Below are positions 10,894-23,939 of a DNA stretch of 64,000 nt, in pieces; positions within the stretch are counted from its first letter, which is position 1, and every line of letters begins with the position of its first letter. Source of the stretch: Raillietiella orientalis (taxonomy: Eukaryota); assembly GCA_036172245.1 (NCBI GenBank), contig JAYWIR010000005.1:2418001-2482000 (forward strand), read 5' to 3'. Under the pieces are notes generated by a model. That model did no database searches. It was not told the origin of the DNA and saw nothing but the letters and a program-made list of their open reading frames with translations. Made by a program: the position numbers and the translations under genes.

Positions 10894-13046
10894 TCACTGG
10901 TCGCTGTAAGGAGGGCCCATCCTTCGAAGAAAGCCCTCGATGTATATCCGCATATGACCCAACTGGGGCCATCCAGCAGCTCTCCGCAGAAAGCGTTGGG
11001 CATATGGGATGACATCCCTCGCGTGTTGACCCACTTCTTCGTTGTTGGCGTCGCTCCATGCCGCCACGATGCCACGGACGCAGCACAAGCCTGCGATGGC
11101 TGCGGCTGGCTGCAGTGCGTCCTTCACGAAGAAAGGCCGAAGAACGTCTCTACGGGAACTGCCCATAGGGAGACCGAGGATCGTCCCAAACCGTTCTTAT
11201 AGGGATCATAGAGCAGCACAGTCCACAATAAGGTAGGAGAGCGATTCAAGATCTCCGCACCTGACACACGCAGGATCCACAACTCCTCTTGTCCAGTAGG
11301 AGCGGCGTGCGTTGCAGGGTAAACCCCAATGCCACAATAGCAACGCCGACTCTTGCCACTTGAGGGGCAGGATCCTGGATTCCTGAAGAAGCGGGGGCCA
11401 CTTCAGCACATCCATAGGGATGGCCAGCAGCTCGCCCCATCTTTTTAGTCCTCGCGGCTGGACGCTCGGGGTCGTGGCGTCGGCCAGTTCTCCTGTTGTC
11501 CAGCCGCTGATCAATTTTTCGCGTCCCTCGATGCAGCAGGAGACTTGCCACCTTGGCGTCCGGCTGCTGTGCAGTGCCCTCCTCAGGAAGGGCAGCATCG
11601 TAGCCAGGCAGGTCGTCTCTGCCCACGTGCTTCTTGCTGGACACTCTAGGAGATTCTGCAGCGTGCAGCGGGCGTATTGGCTGCATCAGAGACGATTCCA
11701 CGTTTCGTAGCTCCTCTGGTTAACCGCTGCCCACATTCCAATGTTCTCCTCCAGCCAGGCGGGGGAGTTGGCGGGGCAGGAAACTATCTTGCTGTTCTCC
11801 ATGGCCAACGATGCCATGCGCCCGAGCAGTAGACCGCATCTCCGAATCTTCCGGCCAGGGCACAGAAGAAATGACGCGTGTCCCTCGCACCGGGACACAC
11901 GACTGGCGAGGAGGCGAGCCGGAATGCACCACGGGGTGCTTTACATCTTCGCTGCGATGGCGAGGGTACGCCATTGCACCTGTTTCTCCACGCGCTCCAG
12001 CGTCAGGAGGCTAAGTCCGCCGTCCCGACGAGGAGCGCAAAGGTCCTTCAAAGGGACTCAGGTCCTCCCCTTGCCCCAAAGGGCGATGCGGAGGAGGTAG
12101 TTCGTCCTCTTTTTAACAACTCCTGGGTCGGGGCAAACAAAAAGCAAGGGGCGGAGGATGAGGGCGGCAAAGGCGTTCTAAACAGCGGCCCGTTACGGCA
12201 AGTGAAACTTGCCTTCCAGGAACGGGCTGATCGCCGTCTCGACTTTTTGGAGGCAGCTGGACCACGCTTTCGCAGGGGAGTAGTCCCCCAACGGCACACC
12301 AAGGTACTTGGAGCACCTCGCCGTGGGGATCTCCAGACGGACCCAGTCCTGCTGCCCTGCCCACGCCGCACCTATTGGCACAACCGACGACTTCGCCCTG
12401 TTAACCTGCAGTCCGGTCCCGCGGCTGAGCAGATCGAAGAAGTCTCCGGCTACGTTTGCCGGGGTGGACATTGGCAACAAGAGCAGAAGATCGTCGGCGT
12501 ACGCTGCTACGGCGGGCGTGCCGGGGCACGAGCTCGGCAAGGGGGCCAAACTCATCCTGTACGCTCTCAGCACCAACTCAAAGTAGGTGCTGAAGAGCAG
12601 GGAGCTGAGGGTATCTTGCTGCCTTATGCCCCGCCGCACCGGCACGCCATTCACCTTGTGACCGCTGATATAGACCGTAATCATCGCATTCCGCCAGCAA
12701 GAGCGCAGGTAGGAAATCAGGGAGTGTGGGAAGCCCATGCGACGCAGGAGCTCCAAGAGTAGTTCCTGGTCTACACAGTCGAACGCCTTGTGGAGATCGA
12801 CTGCTAGCGCTAGGGCCCCCTTGCCCGCCAGGGCTCCCTTCCCAGCCTGGCTGGCGGCCCCAATGTGGGGTTGCCGACTTTCCCTATCCCTTTCTTCTCT
12901 CTTCTCTGCGGGTGCACCCATGTGCTGGCGAAGAAGGTTGGCATCCATACTTCTCCCAGGAACAGCATAAGTGTGCTCCGGGCTAATTACGGATTCTGCC
13001 ACCTACCCCAGACGCGAAGCTTATAGCCCTGCTATCAACTTGGCGT
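10894..13046 (-). pseudogene. B1 ORF2 3' piece (RT from DAKL to the CCHC finger), degenerate
   Basis: ORFs 12193..13002 (DLHKAFD, YADD), 11206..11598, 10894..11166. Confidence 0.88.
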
Positions 13047-13134
13047 GCGGACGTGCTTTTGTAGCGCTCCTCTGCGCCTGGTGTAAAGCGTTTGGTTTCT
13101 TTTGTGTTTGTGTGTGAAGCATCTGCGGTGTCCA

Positions 13135-15154
13135 ATGGCAGAAATGCCTGAGGACATCGCGATGGATATAGGACGGAGAGAGGCTTGCTCCTCTCCCCAA
13201 CCCACGGAGGTGGGGGCAACCGCTTCCACGGAGGCGACGGCAGCCGCACCCCTGAAAAAGGGGGCAACCGCCGCCTCGGAAGCGAGGGCAAAGGCCCCCT
13301 TGAAAAAGGGGGCAAAAGCCCCGCTGGAACAGGGTGCAACCGCCCCCTTGAAAAAGGGGACAACCGCAACCCTGGAAAAGGGCGTAACCGCCTCCTTGAA
13401 AAAGGGGGCACCTGCACCCTCGAATGCGTCTTCGGCATCGCCGAAGACCTGGAGTTCAGTGGCTGCAGCCCCATCTCCTGCAGCCCTCGCCGAGCAGAAA
13501 GCCTACCTAGAGCACGGATACAAGCCGTCCCTGATATACAAGGTAGGCAATCTGTTTGTTCGGGAACACCGCTCGCAACTTCGAAAGGGAGTTGCAGCGG
13601 TTGAACGGAAAAGAGGAAGACCTGGAAGGTCTTTCCGTGTTGAGTGGTGGTCAGCGGGTGGAGCTGACTTGCAGAAATGCAAGCCTTGCTCAACACCTCC
13701 TGAATACGCCAATCACACTGGAAGGCCGAAAAGTTTTCCCGGTAACGGAGGATCCCTCCGTGGTGACGCACATCACGGGAGTCACCCTCCGCATGTCGAA
13801 AGCCGACGTGCAGGAGGAAATCGGAAAATACGGAGCGGTTCACGCGCTATGGCCCAAGCCCAACTTCCAGAGTTACGGAAGACTGTTTAGTGGCATGGCT
13901 GGTGCGCGTGTAACCGTCCACGAAAACGGTGGGCTACCCCACAAACTAGACGTCGGCAACGAGACCGTCGACGTCTGGTACGTGGGCAAGCCCAAGTACT
14001 GTGGACACTGCGATGCAACACGGCACCTGAAGAAGCGGTGCCCTCACATCCAGTGTTTCCACTGTGGAGAGAAGGGCCACCTTTGCAAAGTGTGCCCGAA
14101 GCGCGAACCCCCGGCTCCCGCTGCCTTGTAAAAGGCCAAAGGGAAACGCGCGGGGGCTACGGAAAACCCTGCGAAGGCACCCTTGAGGCGGAACCCACAG
14201 CCGGAGCCCGAGCCCGTACAGCAAACGCCGGTCGTGGAATCTACAGACGACGCTAAAAAGAGCGAAGGCTGGCAGAAGGCGAAGCCTAAAGCTAAGAAAC
14301 CAAAGAAAACCGAAGGGTCGACAGCGGAACCCGCGACGTGTCCTTTAAATAGGAGACAACGCCGCGCGTTGATCCGCGAATGTTCGGTCGCCTTGGAGCG
14401 TGTGGAGGTACCCGAGTCCGCCACCGGGGGAGATATCCCCCGCGTCGACGCCGACGATAACGCGATCACGGAAGGCGAACCCTCTGTGCAAACAGAGGGG
14501 GAACCGCGCGACGCGCTCGCCGCGATCGACGAGGTCGCCTTCCAGCAGGCGGCGGAAGAGCTCGCGGCCGAACTCGCCGACCGTGAGAACGGCGCGCGAA
14601 AGGCCTTGCGAAGGCCGGCCGCGACCAGGGCACCTCCGACAGGTGACCACGACCCGGACGCCGGAAGTGCGTCCTCCTCCACGGAGGCGCCTCTGAAGAA
14701 GACTGGACGGAAGTCCAAGAATCCCAAGAGGCGCATCCCGACGAAGAGCGAGGGGGACGCACCGGCAGCCGAAGGGGAAGCCGGCAGCGTGGAAACGGAG
14801 GGAGGAATTTTCCCACCCTCCGCCACCGAGCAGCCGGCCACCCCCATGGAGGAGGGGAAGCAGGTAGGGCATTGCTTCCCCCTTCCACCGGTGGAGCCTG
14901 CGGAGAAGATGGTCATGGAAGAGGGGGAGCAGACAGCTGAGAACCGCTCCCGCCTGCCGTCCAACGCAGTCAAGGAATCGGTCCCCATGGAAGACGGGAA
15001 GCAGGTGCGTGAAGCATGCTCCCTTCAACCGTTGCGGTCCGCCGAGGAATCGGCCCCCATGGAGGTGGGAGAACCGCTGGGCGGTGCCCCCATTCCTCCA
15101 TCCGTCCCGCCTGACCAGGTGGCGGGAGCCCCATTGCCACTTTCCCGGGAATAA
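13135..15154 (+). pseudogene. D ORF1, gag-like (two CX2CX4HX4C knuckles, basic then acidic tail); frameshift and stop
   Basis: ORFs 13102..13890, 13556..14131 (CGHCDATRHLKKRC, CFHCGEKGHLCKVC), 14183..15154. Confidence 0.88.
13245..13412 (+). repeat. 24-bp coding minisatellite in D ORF1 (about 7 imperfect units, APLKKGAT)
   Basis: Recurring GCAACCGCCCCCTTGAAAAAGGGG variants. Confidence 0.85.
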
Positions 15155-18100
15155 CACCTGGGCTCGCCTGTCGCCGTCGATTGCGTGTGGCATGTTGGAA
15201 CGTCCACGGGCTGCGCGACGACAGCAACAGACGGGACACGGCAGCCACCCTGCGTGACTTCGACCTGGCACTCCTGCAGGAGATCCACGTGATCACCGGG
15301 GAGAACGCCCAGGAGATCGAGAGGATCGCAGGGGGGCGGCTGGTGTGGCAATGCGGCACCCGATACACCTGCGGCGTCGCGTTTTTCATGAAGCCGGCGG
15401 TCGACGCTGCCGTGAAGGGCGTGCGCTTCGACGAAGCCGGTCGTGTCGGCCAGCTGATTCTCAGATGGTCCGACACGATCGACCTGGTCGTAACAAACGT
15501 ATACGCCCCGAGCGGTTATAACAGGTACCGGGAACTCGCGGCGTTCCTGGAAAGCCTGAAGCACGACTGGCTGGTGGAAGCGAACGTGCGCGTGGCTCAC
15601 CTGATAGCGGGAGACTTCAATGTCCGCCTGCTATCAGGTGAGCCACGCACACAGGAACGGACGGCTAACGAGTTGTGCGCTGCCATGCGCACGCGCAACT
15701 TGTTAGGAGAACTTCCGGAAATGGTCAGCAACATCGACCACGTCTACCTGGACGTCGACTTGTGCTCGCGGGTCGGCAAACGGGGGAAAGTTGCGTCGGA
15801 ACTGTCTGACCATTCCAGATTGATATTCGAGGTGTGCCCGCGCGACAAAAGACCCCCGTCCAGGGCGTGGCGGTTGCCTGGGGACTGGACGCGCCTCTCA
15901 GGTGCGAAGGAACACCTTCGGGAATTCCTGAGAGGCGTCACCCTCCGCAGACTCAAAGATTGGGACCTCTTCAAGGCCTCGGTCCGCGAGTTCTGCGAGG
16001 AGTTCCCCCTGCACCGCCTGCCCCTCGGATTTGGGGAGGAAGCTCGGAACCATAGGGCCTATTTACAGGCCCGCCGGTACGAGAGGACCCCCAATGTCCG
16101 TCGCCTGGCAGAGTACCGAGCCGGGGCCGAACGTCAAGCCTGGCAATCCGGATCGGCCAGATTGCTGGACGACCAGGGCCGGGAGCACTCGGCTCCGGCT
16201 GGAATACGGCACCTCGTGCGGCGTTATCATTCCTCCCTTTACACCAGGGCGCCCCCGGACCAAGATGCCTCTCGGCGCTTGCTTCCGAACGGTACCCTGT
16301 CAATAGGGGAGGAGGAGAAGGAAAGCCTCGACGAGCCTTTTACCACCGGTGAAATTCTCACCGGTATCAAAAGGCTCAAGAGGCGGAAAGCACCAAGGGA
16401 GGAAGGCCTGCCTGCGGAGTTTTTTCAATGCTCCGCGGCAGAGTTGGCACCCCTGGTGCTTGAGTTGACAAGGCTGATCCGAGATGAAGGCGATGTACCC
16501 GTGTCGTATCGGTCAGCCAGAGTGAGGCTCCTTCCGAAAGGGGGAGACCTAAGGAAACTCAGCAACTGGCGTCCGATCACAATTGTGAACACGGACGCCA
16601 AGTTGATCGCCGGACTGTGGGCTTCGCGTCTGGGGCAGGTGACCAATTCCATAATTAGCCCGGAGCAGACTTACCCTGTTCCCGGGCGAAGTATGGAGGC
16701 CAACCTCTTCTTCCCGAGCACATGGTTTCATGTGCAGAGTAGTAAAGAAAAGGAAGATAGAAGGATTGGCAGCCCCGCTTTGGGGGCGTCAGCCGGACAG
16801 GGACAGGACTTCCAGGTGGGGAAGGGTGCCTTAGCGATCGCAGTCGATCTGCATAAAGCGTTTGACTGCGTGGACAAGGATCTCCTGCTGGAGCTGCTGG
16901 GACGCATGGGCTTCCCTCCCTCCCTACTGACCTACCTGCGCTCTTGCTGGCGCAGCGCACTGATCAATATCTCTTTCAGAGGTCAAATGGCGTACGGCGT
17001 GCCGGTACGGCGGGGCATAGGCAGGGCGACAGCCTCAGTCCCCTGATCTTTAGCACCTACTTTGAGTTGGTGCTGAGAGCGTATAGGGTGACGTTGGCCC
17101 CCTTGCCGAGCTCGTGCCCCGGCACGCCCGCCGTAGCAGGGTGCGCCGACGATCTTTTGCTTCTGTTGCCGATGTCCACCCCGGCGAAGGCGATCGGGAA
17201 TTTCTTCGATCTTCTTAGCCGCGGGACCGGACTGACGGTGAACAGGGCGAAGTCGACGGTGGTTCCAGTCGGTGCGGCGTGAGCTGGGCAGCAGGACTGG
17301 GACCGCTTGGGGATCCCCACGGCGAGGTGCTTGAAGTACCTCGGTGTGTCGTTGGGGGATTACTCCCCTTCGGATGCGTGGTGCGGCTGCCTCCAAAAAG
17401 TGGAAACGGCGATCGGCCCGTTCTTGGAAGACGAGTTCCTGCTTCCGGAATGGGCCGCGGTGTGGAACTCCTTTGCGGCTCCCATCCTCCGCCCTCTGCT
17501 TTTTGTTTGCCCCGTCCCCAGAGACATGAAGAAAAGGACGAGGACCTCCTGAGGATTGCCCTTTGGGGAAGAGGGAGGACCCGAGTCCAGTTGAAGGACT
17601 TGTGTGCTCCACGTCGGGATGGTGGTCTGGGCCTCTTGTCGGTGGAGAGAGTAGAAATTTAGCTGCCATGGCGCACCTTGGCCATCGCAGCGAAGTTATG
17701 GAGCACCCCATGGTGCGTTCCGGCCCGACTCCTTGCCAGCCGTGTATATGGAACGGAGGGTCTCGCGTCTCATCTTCTGTGCCGCGGCTCGAAGATCAAG
17801 AGATGCGGACTCCTCCTGGGACGCATGGCAACTCTGGCAAAGGAAAACGGCTGGATGGAATGCAGCCCCGCCAACTCCTCCGCATGGCTGGAGGAGACCG
17901 CTGGCACGTGGGCGAAGATAAACCAGAAAAATGAAGAGATGTGGAACTGCCTGCGACGCGGCGCCTATTCCCGCTGCACTCTGCGGAAGATACTTCAGTG
18001 TCCCGCGAGAAGCACGTGGGCAGAGACAACCCCCCTAGCTACGGCGATGCCCTTCCTGAGGAGGGCGCTCTCCAGCAGCCGCAAGCCTAGGTGGCAAGTC

Positions 18101-18739
18101 TCCTGCCGCATCGCAGGCAAGGAGAAGTTGATCAGCGGCTGGTCCACGGGTGAACTGGCGGACGCCAGTACCCCTAGTGTCCAGCCGAGAGAGCTGCAGA
18201 GATGAGGCGAGCTACTCGGCATCCAGCCGGATGACCTGAAGTGGCCCCCTGTATTAATTTGTTCTAGGATCCTCCCCCTGAACTGGAAGGAGTCGGCGCT
18301 TCTGTTGTTGCATTGGGGTCTACCCTTCAACGCACGCCGCCACCACTGGACGAGGGGTCGAGTAGATCCTACCTGCATCAGGTGTGGGGAACGGGAAACT
18401 CTCCCCCACCTCCTTGTTGATTGTGCTGCACTCCGACCCCTGTGGGAACGTCTTCGTGCCTCCCTACGGATCCAGGAGGGCAGCCAGCCCAGAGACGTTT
18501 TTCGGCTTCTGTTCGTGCATGATGCCCTGCCTCCAGCCGCTACCCTGGCTGCACTTTGCTGCGTACGCGGGATTGTGACGTGCTGGAGCATCGTCGGAAG
18601 ACCGAGCCACGACAGGGATGCCGTCGTACTTGCAGCCCGCTACCTGCGGATTGTGACTAGATGGCCCCCCCTGGGAATTATACGGACGGACCTCGAGGGC
18701 ATCCTGCGAAGGATGGACCCTACTCCCAGTGGTCAGTGA
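15154..18739 (+). pseudogene. D ORF2 APE-RT-CCHC with frameshifts and stops; YADD mutated to CADD
   Basis: ORF 15181..17046 (CWNVHG, LQE, NVYAP, GDFN, IDH, SDH, DLHKAFD), 16944..17282, 17678..18205, 18305..18739. Confidence 0.9.
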
Positions 18740-18943
18740 TCCCTCCCCAACCCTCCCAAATCTTTTTGTTTTGATGTTTTATTTTTCTTTTTGTTTTTTC
18801 CCCCACCCTTCCGCTGCCGAGGAGAGTCGCGCCGGTCTGCGTACCGGCGACCCAGCAGGTCCAGATGAGTTGGCCGTAGTGGGGCCTCGTACCACGAATC
18901 AAAGAGAATTTTTAATAAACGCCCCGGCGTGACCGGGTGGCAA

Positions 18944-19939
18944 CTATAAACTTGGCGTCCGTATTCACGATGGTGATCGGACGCCAGTTCTTTCAATCCT
19001 TGAGGTCTCCCCCTTTCGGAAGGAGCCTCACTCTGGCTGACCGAAACGAGGAGGGAACATCGCTTTCGTCTCGGATCAGCCTGATCAACTTAAGCAGAAG
19101 GGGTGCCAGCTCTTCCGCGAAGCTCTGAAAGAACTCCGCGGGAAAGCCGTCTTCCCCTGGAGCTTCACGCCTCTAAAGCCTTTTGATACCGGCGAGAATT
19201 TCGTCGGTGGTAAAAGGGTCGTCGAGGCTTTCCATCTCCTCCTCCCCTAGTGCCGGGGCGTCATCCGGAAGCTAGCGCCGAAAGGCGTCTCGATCCGGGG
19301 GCTGTCTGGCGTAAAGGGAGGAATAGAAACTCCGCACGAGATGCCGTATTGACGCCTGGGACGAACATTCCCTGCCCTGGTCGTCCAGCAAGCTGGCCGA
19401 TTCGGATCGCAAGGCTTGGCGTTCGGCCCTGGCGCGGAACTCGGCCACGCGACGGACATTAGGGATTCTCTTGTATTTGCGAGCCTGTAAGTAGGCCCGA
19501 TGGTTGCGAGGACCCTCGCCGAATCCGGGGGGCAGGCGGTTCAGGGGGAACTGCTCGCAGAACTCAAGGACCGAGGCCTTGAGAAGGTCCCAATATGAGA
19601 GATTCTGGAGCGTGTCGCCTCTCAGGTATTCGCGAAGGTGTTCCCTCGCACCTGAGAGTCGCGTCCAGTCCCACGGCGGACGCCAATCCCTGCATGGCGG
19701 TACCTTGTCGCGAGGCCCCATCTCGAAAATTAGCCGGGAATGGTCCGACAACGTTGACGCAACGCTTCCCCGTTTGCCGACCCGTGAACACAGGTCAGCG
19801 TCGAGGAAGACGTGGCCGATGCTGCGAATCATTCCCTTCTCATCCGCGAACAAGTTGCGCGCACGCGTGGCGGCGCACAACTCGTTCATCGCGTTCTCTT
19901 GTGTTTCCAGGTCTCCTGTTAGCAGGCGGAGATTGAAAT
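18944..19939 (-). pseudogene. B1 ORF2 middle piece (APE FN to RT DAK)
   Basis: ORF 19272..19946 is nearly identical to the start of 3207..6350. Confidence 0.88.
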
Positions 19940-20252
19940 TTATCACCCGGTCACGCCGGGGGGTTTATTGATAATAATTAACTGGTCAGGGACAATGTCC
20001 ACAACCAACAGTACGACAGGAAAGATAGAAAAATTTTTGGCACGCAGGCCTGGTAAACAAACCGCTCGCAGCGTGGGAGGAATGAGGGGAAAAAAACAGA
20101 AATCAAAAACTGGAGGGAAAGGTGACGGGTTTTTGGATAGGCTCCGTACTCACGGGGATTTATACGATGAGCACATGAAATGTTTCGGAGCCTATGGGGA
20201 CGCGGGTGTAAAAAGAAAATCCAAAATTAGTTTATGGAGGGTAGGGCAATCA

Positions 20253-22108
20253 TCACCGGGCTAGCCGCTGCTGAGCGTATCTAAACCGGCGGTGTATTGC
20301 GGCGAGATTCCTTTTTGTCTCCTCTGTCGAATGAGGCCATCTAGCGAATGCTCCAGCGTAGAAGAATGCTTTGCTGATTACCTCTTGGTGCTGTCCGTTG
20401 ATTACCAACGCCTGGCGGACGGAAACTATCGCGCGTATGCACCTGATGGTTGCATTCCTTGCGCTTAGTGATAGCCCGCTCGGCGTGAAGAATCGTCGCA
20501 GCAAGTCTCTTGCGGTGTCCACGGGATGCATTATTAGTGTTGCCAGCCTACGCCACAGTCCATGTAGGACACCGCAGTCCAGAAGTAGGTGCGGAATCGA
20601 CTCCGTCGATCCGCACCGAACGCAGTTCGCAGACGCAAGTCCCCCGGAGTCACGATGCCAACGCTCGTTGCACTGAAAACCCCAGTGAACGAAGAGCAGC
20701 ACGGCTTGTTTCCAAGCAAGGGGGAGCAGCGAACTGTCAATACACTGTGGAGGGACTACAAGTTCTTCGGGGGTGACAGCAAGTTCTTCTGCCCACCGGA
20801 GGAGTCCCTTTGCAGTAACACGAGGAGTGGCGGCGTCCGCCAATTCACTCGTCTTCCAGGCGCCAAGGAGTTTCGTTTTTCCCTCTATGGTGCAGGAAAC
20901 CTCCCACCTCGCCGGTTGGTAACTGTCGTTTCTCGCCCTGAGGGCAGACAGCGCTGCGGCAAGAGGCGTGGCAGCCAGGGTAGAAAACTTCACCTCGTCC
21001 TGCAGTACTTCTTCCAAGGATCGTGGAAAAAATTGGCGCAGGGGGCGAAGATCTTCAGGGCGTATACCTTGGAATGCCGCCCAGGATTCAACAGACTCCT
21101 GCCGCCAAGCTTTAAAGTTCATTGGGCGGCAGGAAATCCACTAGTGTGCTTACAGAAGTGCGGTCAACTGCCGCAATGGAAACCCGAAACCCCGCTTCCT
21201 GTATTGAGTGCCCGGCAAAAGCGAGAGAAATCCTCCGCTGCCGGCGCATCTCCGCAGGAAAATGCGTGCTGGCACACACAGGGGGGATGTCCCTAGCTGG
21301 GCACACAGTGCCAGCAGTCGGAACTGCACCTTGAGTCCGATTCGCTGTATTGTCAGGATACCCAAACCAGCATCCTGACGCGGAGCTAACAAATCTTTAA
21401 GGCGGATCCTGGATCTCGCCGGACCCCAGAGAGCGTTCCTGAGCAGGCGCTCAGCTTGCTGTTTCGCGGCATAGGGAAGGTCCAAAACAAAAAACAAAGG
21501 ACAACGGAGGGGGGCCACAAAGGTGTTCCAAATAGTCGCCCGTTCCTGCAAGGAAAACTTGCCGTTTAAGAACGGGCTGATGGCCAACTCTGCTTTCTGA
21601 AGACAGTGCGCCCACGCTTCGGTTGCGCCGAAAGCGCCCAACGGAACGCCAAGGTACTTAAAGTACCCGCCCGTGGGGATACCCAGGCGGATCCAGTCGG
21701 ACTGCCCCTCCCACGACGTTCCCACAGGAACGACCACGCTCTTCTCTCTGTTCACGCTCACGCCCGCTCCCCGACGAATCAGGTCGAAGAAATCCTCGAC
21801 ACTGGACGCCGGGGTTGACATGGGGAGCAGAAGAAGCAGGTCATCAGCGTAGGCTGCCACGGCAGGCGTTCCCGGGCAGGAGCTTGGCAAGGGAGACAGC
21901 GTCAGCCTGTGTGATCTTAGCACCAACTCAAAGAAAATGCTGAAGAGCAACGGGCTTAAGCTGTCGCCCTATCGGATGCCCCTACGAACGGGAATACCAT
22001 ACACGTGGCAGCCGCTGAGAGTGATGGAGGTTAGCGCGTGGCGCTAGCACGCGCGCAAATACAGCAGGAGTTGCGGCGGGAACCCAAGGCGTTCCATAAG
22101 CTCCAAAA
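20253..22108 (-). pseudogene. A2 ORF2 3' piece (RT C-half, CCHC finger)
   Basis: ORFs 21150..21950 (YADD) and 20253..21122, highly similar to A1. Confidence 0.9.
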
Positions 22109-22220
22109 GCAGTCGAAAGCTTTACGTCAGCTAGAGGGGACGTGTTTTCTCGGTGCTCCTCGTGCCGGGAACCGTCCCTAGGTGTAGGCTTCGTGTGTGG
22201 TGGTGGTCGATCAGGCAGTA

Positions 22221-23939
22221 ATGCCTGACGCGTCCACCAGTACGTGTAAGGGGGCGGTGGCAACGTCGCCTCCTGAAGAAATGGAGTGCCAGGTGGCGGC
22301 GGCAACGTCGCCTCTAGAGAAGGTGGAGCGCCAGAGGGCGGCGGCAACGTCGCCTTCAGTGGCGAAGGAGGTGGGGGCGTCCGCCCCTACAAAACCGGTC
22401 CCCGCTGCAGCGCGAGCGTGGGGCGCCGTCGTGTTGGCGCCATCGCCTGCAGCCGCGGCGGAATTATCTGCCTATGTGGAAGAAGTGTATAACTCATCAC
22501 TATTCTAGAAGGTAGGAAATTTGTATTCTGCTGAGAGTGCGCGCGCCTTTTCGAAGGGGATGTGCGCTCTCGATGTTTAAGAAGAGGAGCTCTGCGCTAT
22601 GACCATTCGTAGCGGGGGGCAGTACGTAGAGGTGATCTGCAAACATGCAGATCTGGCCCAACGTCTGCTTAAAACCCCCGTGGTAATGGGGACACGCAGG
22701 CTCGTTCCCGTAACGGCGGACCACAGTATGGTGGTTCACCTTTTAGGAGTTACCGCGGGGATGCATAAAGAACAGTTACGCGCCGCGTTATGAAAAGAAG
22801 GCACGGTCCATGCAGTATGGACCAAGCCTAGTCCTTTCGAGGACTATACCACAGTTCAGTGCGGCCTCACGGCTGCCCGTGTAACCGTTCGGGAGGGCTC
22901 TACCCTTCCCCACAAACTGGTGGTCGGCGGAGAAAGCGTCGACCTCTGTTACGTGGGGAAGCCCAAATACTGTGGCTTCTGCAGCACGTCGACACACCTC
23001 AAAAGGAGGTGCCCCAACGTACAGTGCCTGGTATGCGGGACAATGGGCCACACGAAGGAAGTGTTTCCACAATCCGCTGTGCGCGTGGTTTCCGCGAGGA
23101 ACCTAGAAAAACGCGCGCGGCTGCTACAGAAAAAACTGGCGGCGAAGGCTGCCGCTCAAGTTGTGCCACCCACTCCCGTGGTATAGGCCTCAGCCGACAC
23201 CCCGGCAACGAATGCCGAAAAGATTGACAAAAGCGCTCAGGTGTTGGAATGGCAAGAAGTCACAGCGAAAAAGAATAAAAAGTCGAAGAAAGAACGACGA
23301 ATCGAAAAAAAGCTCGCCTACCAAAATAAAAAACAGCGGGTTAGCGAGAATTGAAAAGAATGCAGCGTTGTCGTGGAACGCGTCCCCACCGAACGCCGCA
23401 AGGTAGAAATCGCTGCTACCGACGAGCAACCCACTGTTGAAAATGTCAACAGCGTGGGGAGCGAACCGGCGGAAGCGTCCGTCATCGAAACCGTGATCGA
23501 TGACGCCGCCTTCAAGCGTGCGGCGAAGGAGCTGGCTGCATCGTTGCAGCCAGACCCCTCCAAGGCTGGCAAAAAGGTAGTGAGGCGTCCGGCCTCCACC
23601 GAGGAGTCGGTAACTTCCGACCCCGAAGCGCAGGCCGGAAACCAAGTTTCCATCTCCGCGGCACCCCGCCGTCAGGCTGGAAGGAAGTCCAGCAAACCCC
23701 GGAAAGCCTTTCTCCAGGTCGAAGGCGTGGAGATCACTTCCGACTGCGAGGGTGCCATGAGCGTGGGAGAATCCCAAGAATCGTCACCCGAGAGACCACC
23801 ATGCACTGACACGGAGGAGATGGAGGGGGTTGAAGCCGGAAAGGTACCCAAGGTGCCTGAGGAGGCTGAAACCCTAATGGTCATCTCACCCGCCTCGGAA
23901 GAGGCGGGTTCCCCCACACCGTCATCTTTCTGACAGTAA
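22221..23939 (+). pseudogene. C1 ORF1, gag-like, many stops; 42-bp N-terminal repeat (AATSP) at about 22253-22360
   Basis: CGFCSTSTHLKRRC, CLVCGTMGH; ORFs 22197..22508, 22920..23186, 23373..23933. Confidence 0.82.

Larger units (their letters stand above)
13047..18943 (+). mobile_element. Full-length retrotransposon D (about 5.9 kb), inserted antisense into the B1 RT
   Basis: Flanked by CTATCAACTTGGCGT (13032-13046) and CTATAAACTTGGCGT (18944-18958), 14/15 match; 5' GCGGACGTG; 3' AATAAACGCCCCGGCGTGACCGGGTGGCAA. Confidence 0.93.

Noticed and set aside
20138..20200. Hammerhead ribozyme (GATGA...GAAA) antisense in the A 3' UTR
   Set aside because: No CUGANGA core or proper stem II, and the GAAA is not conserved in A1
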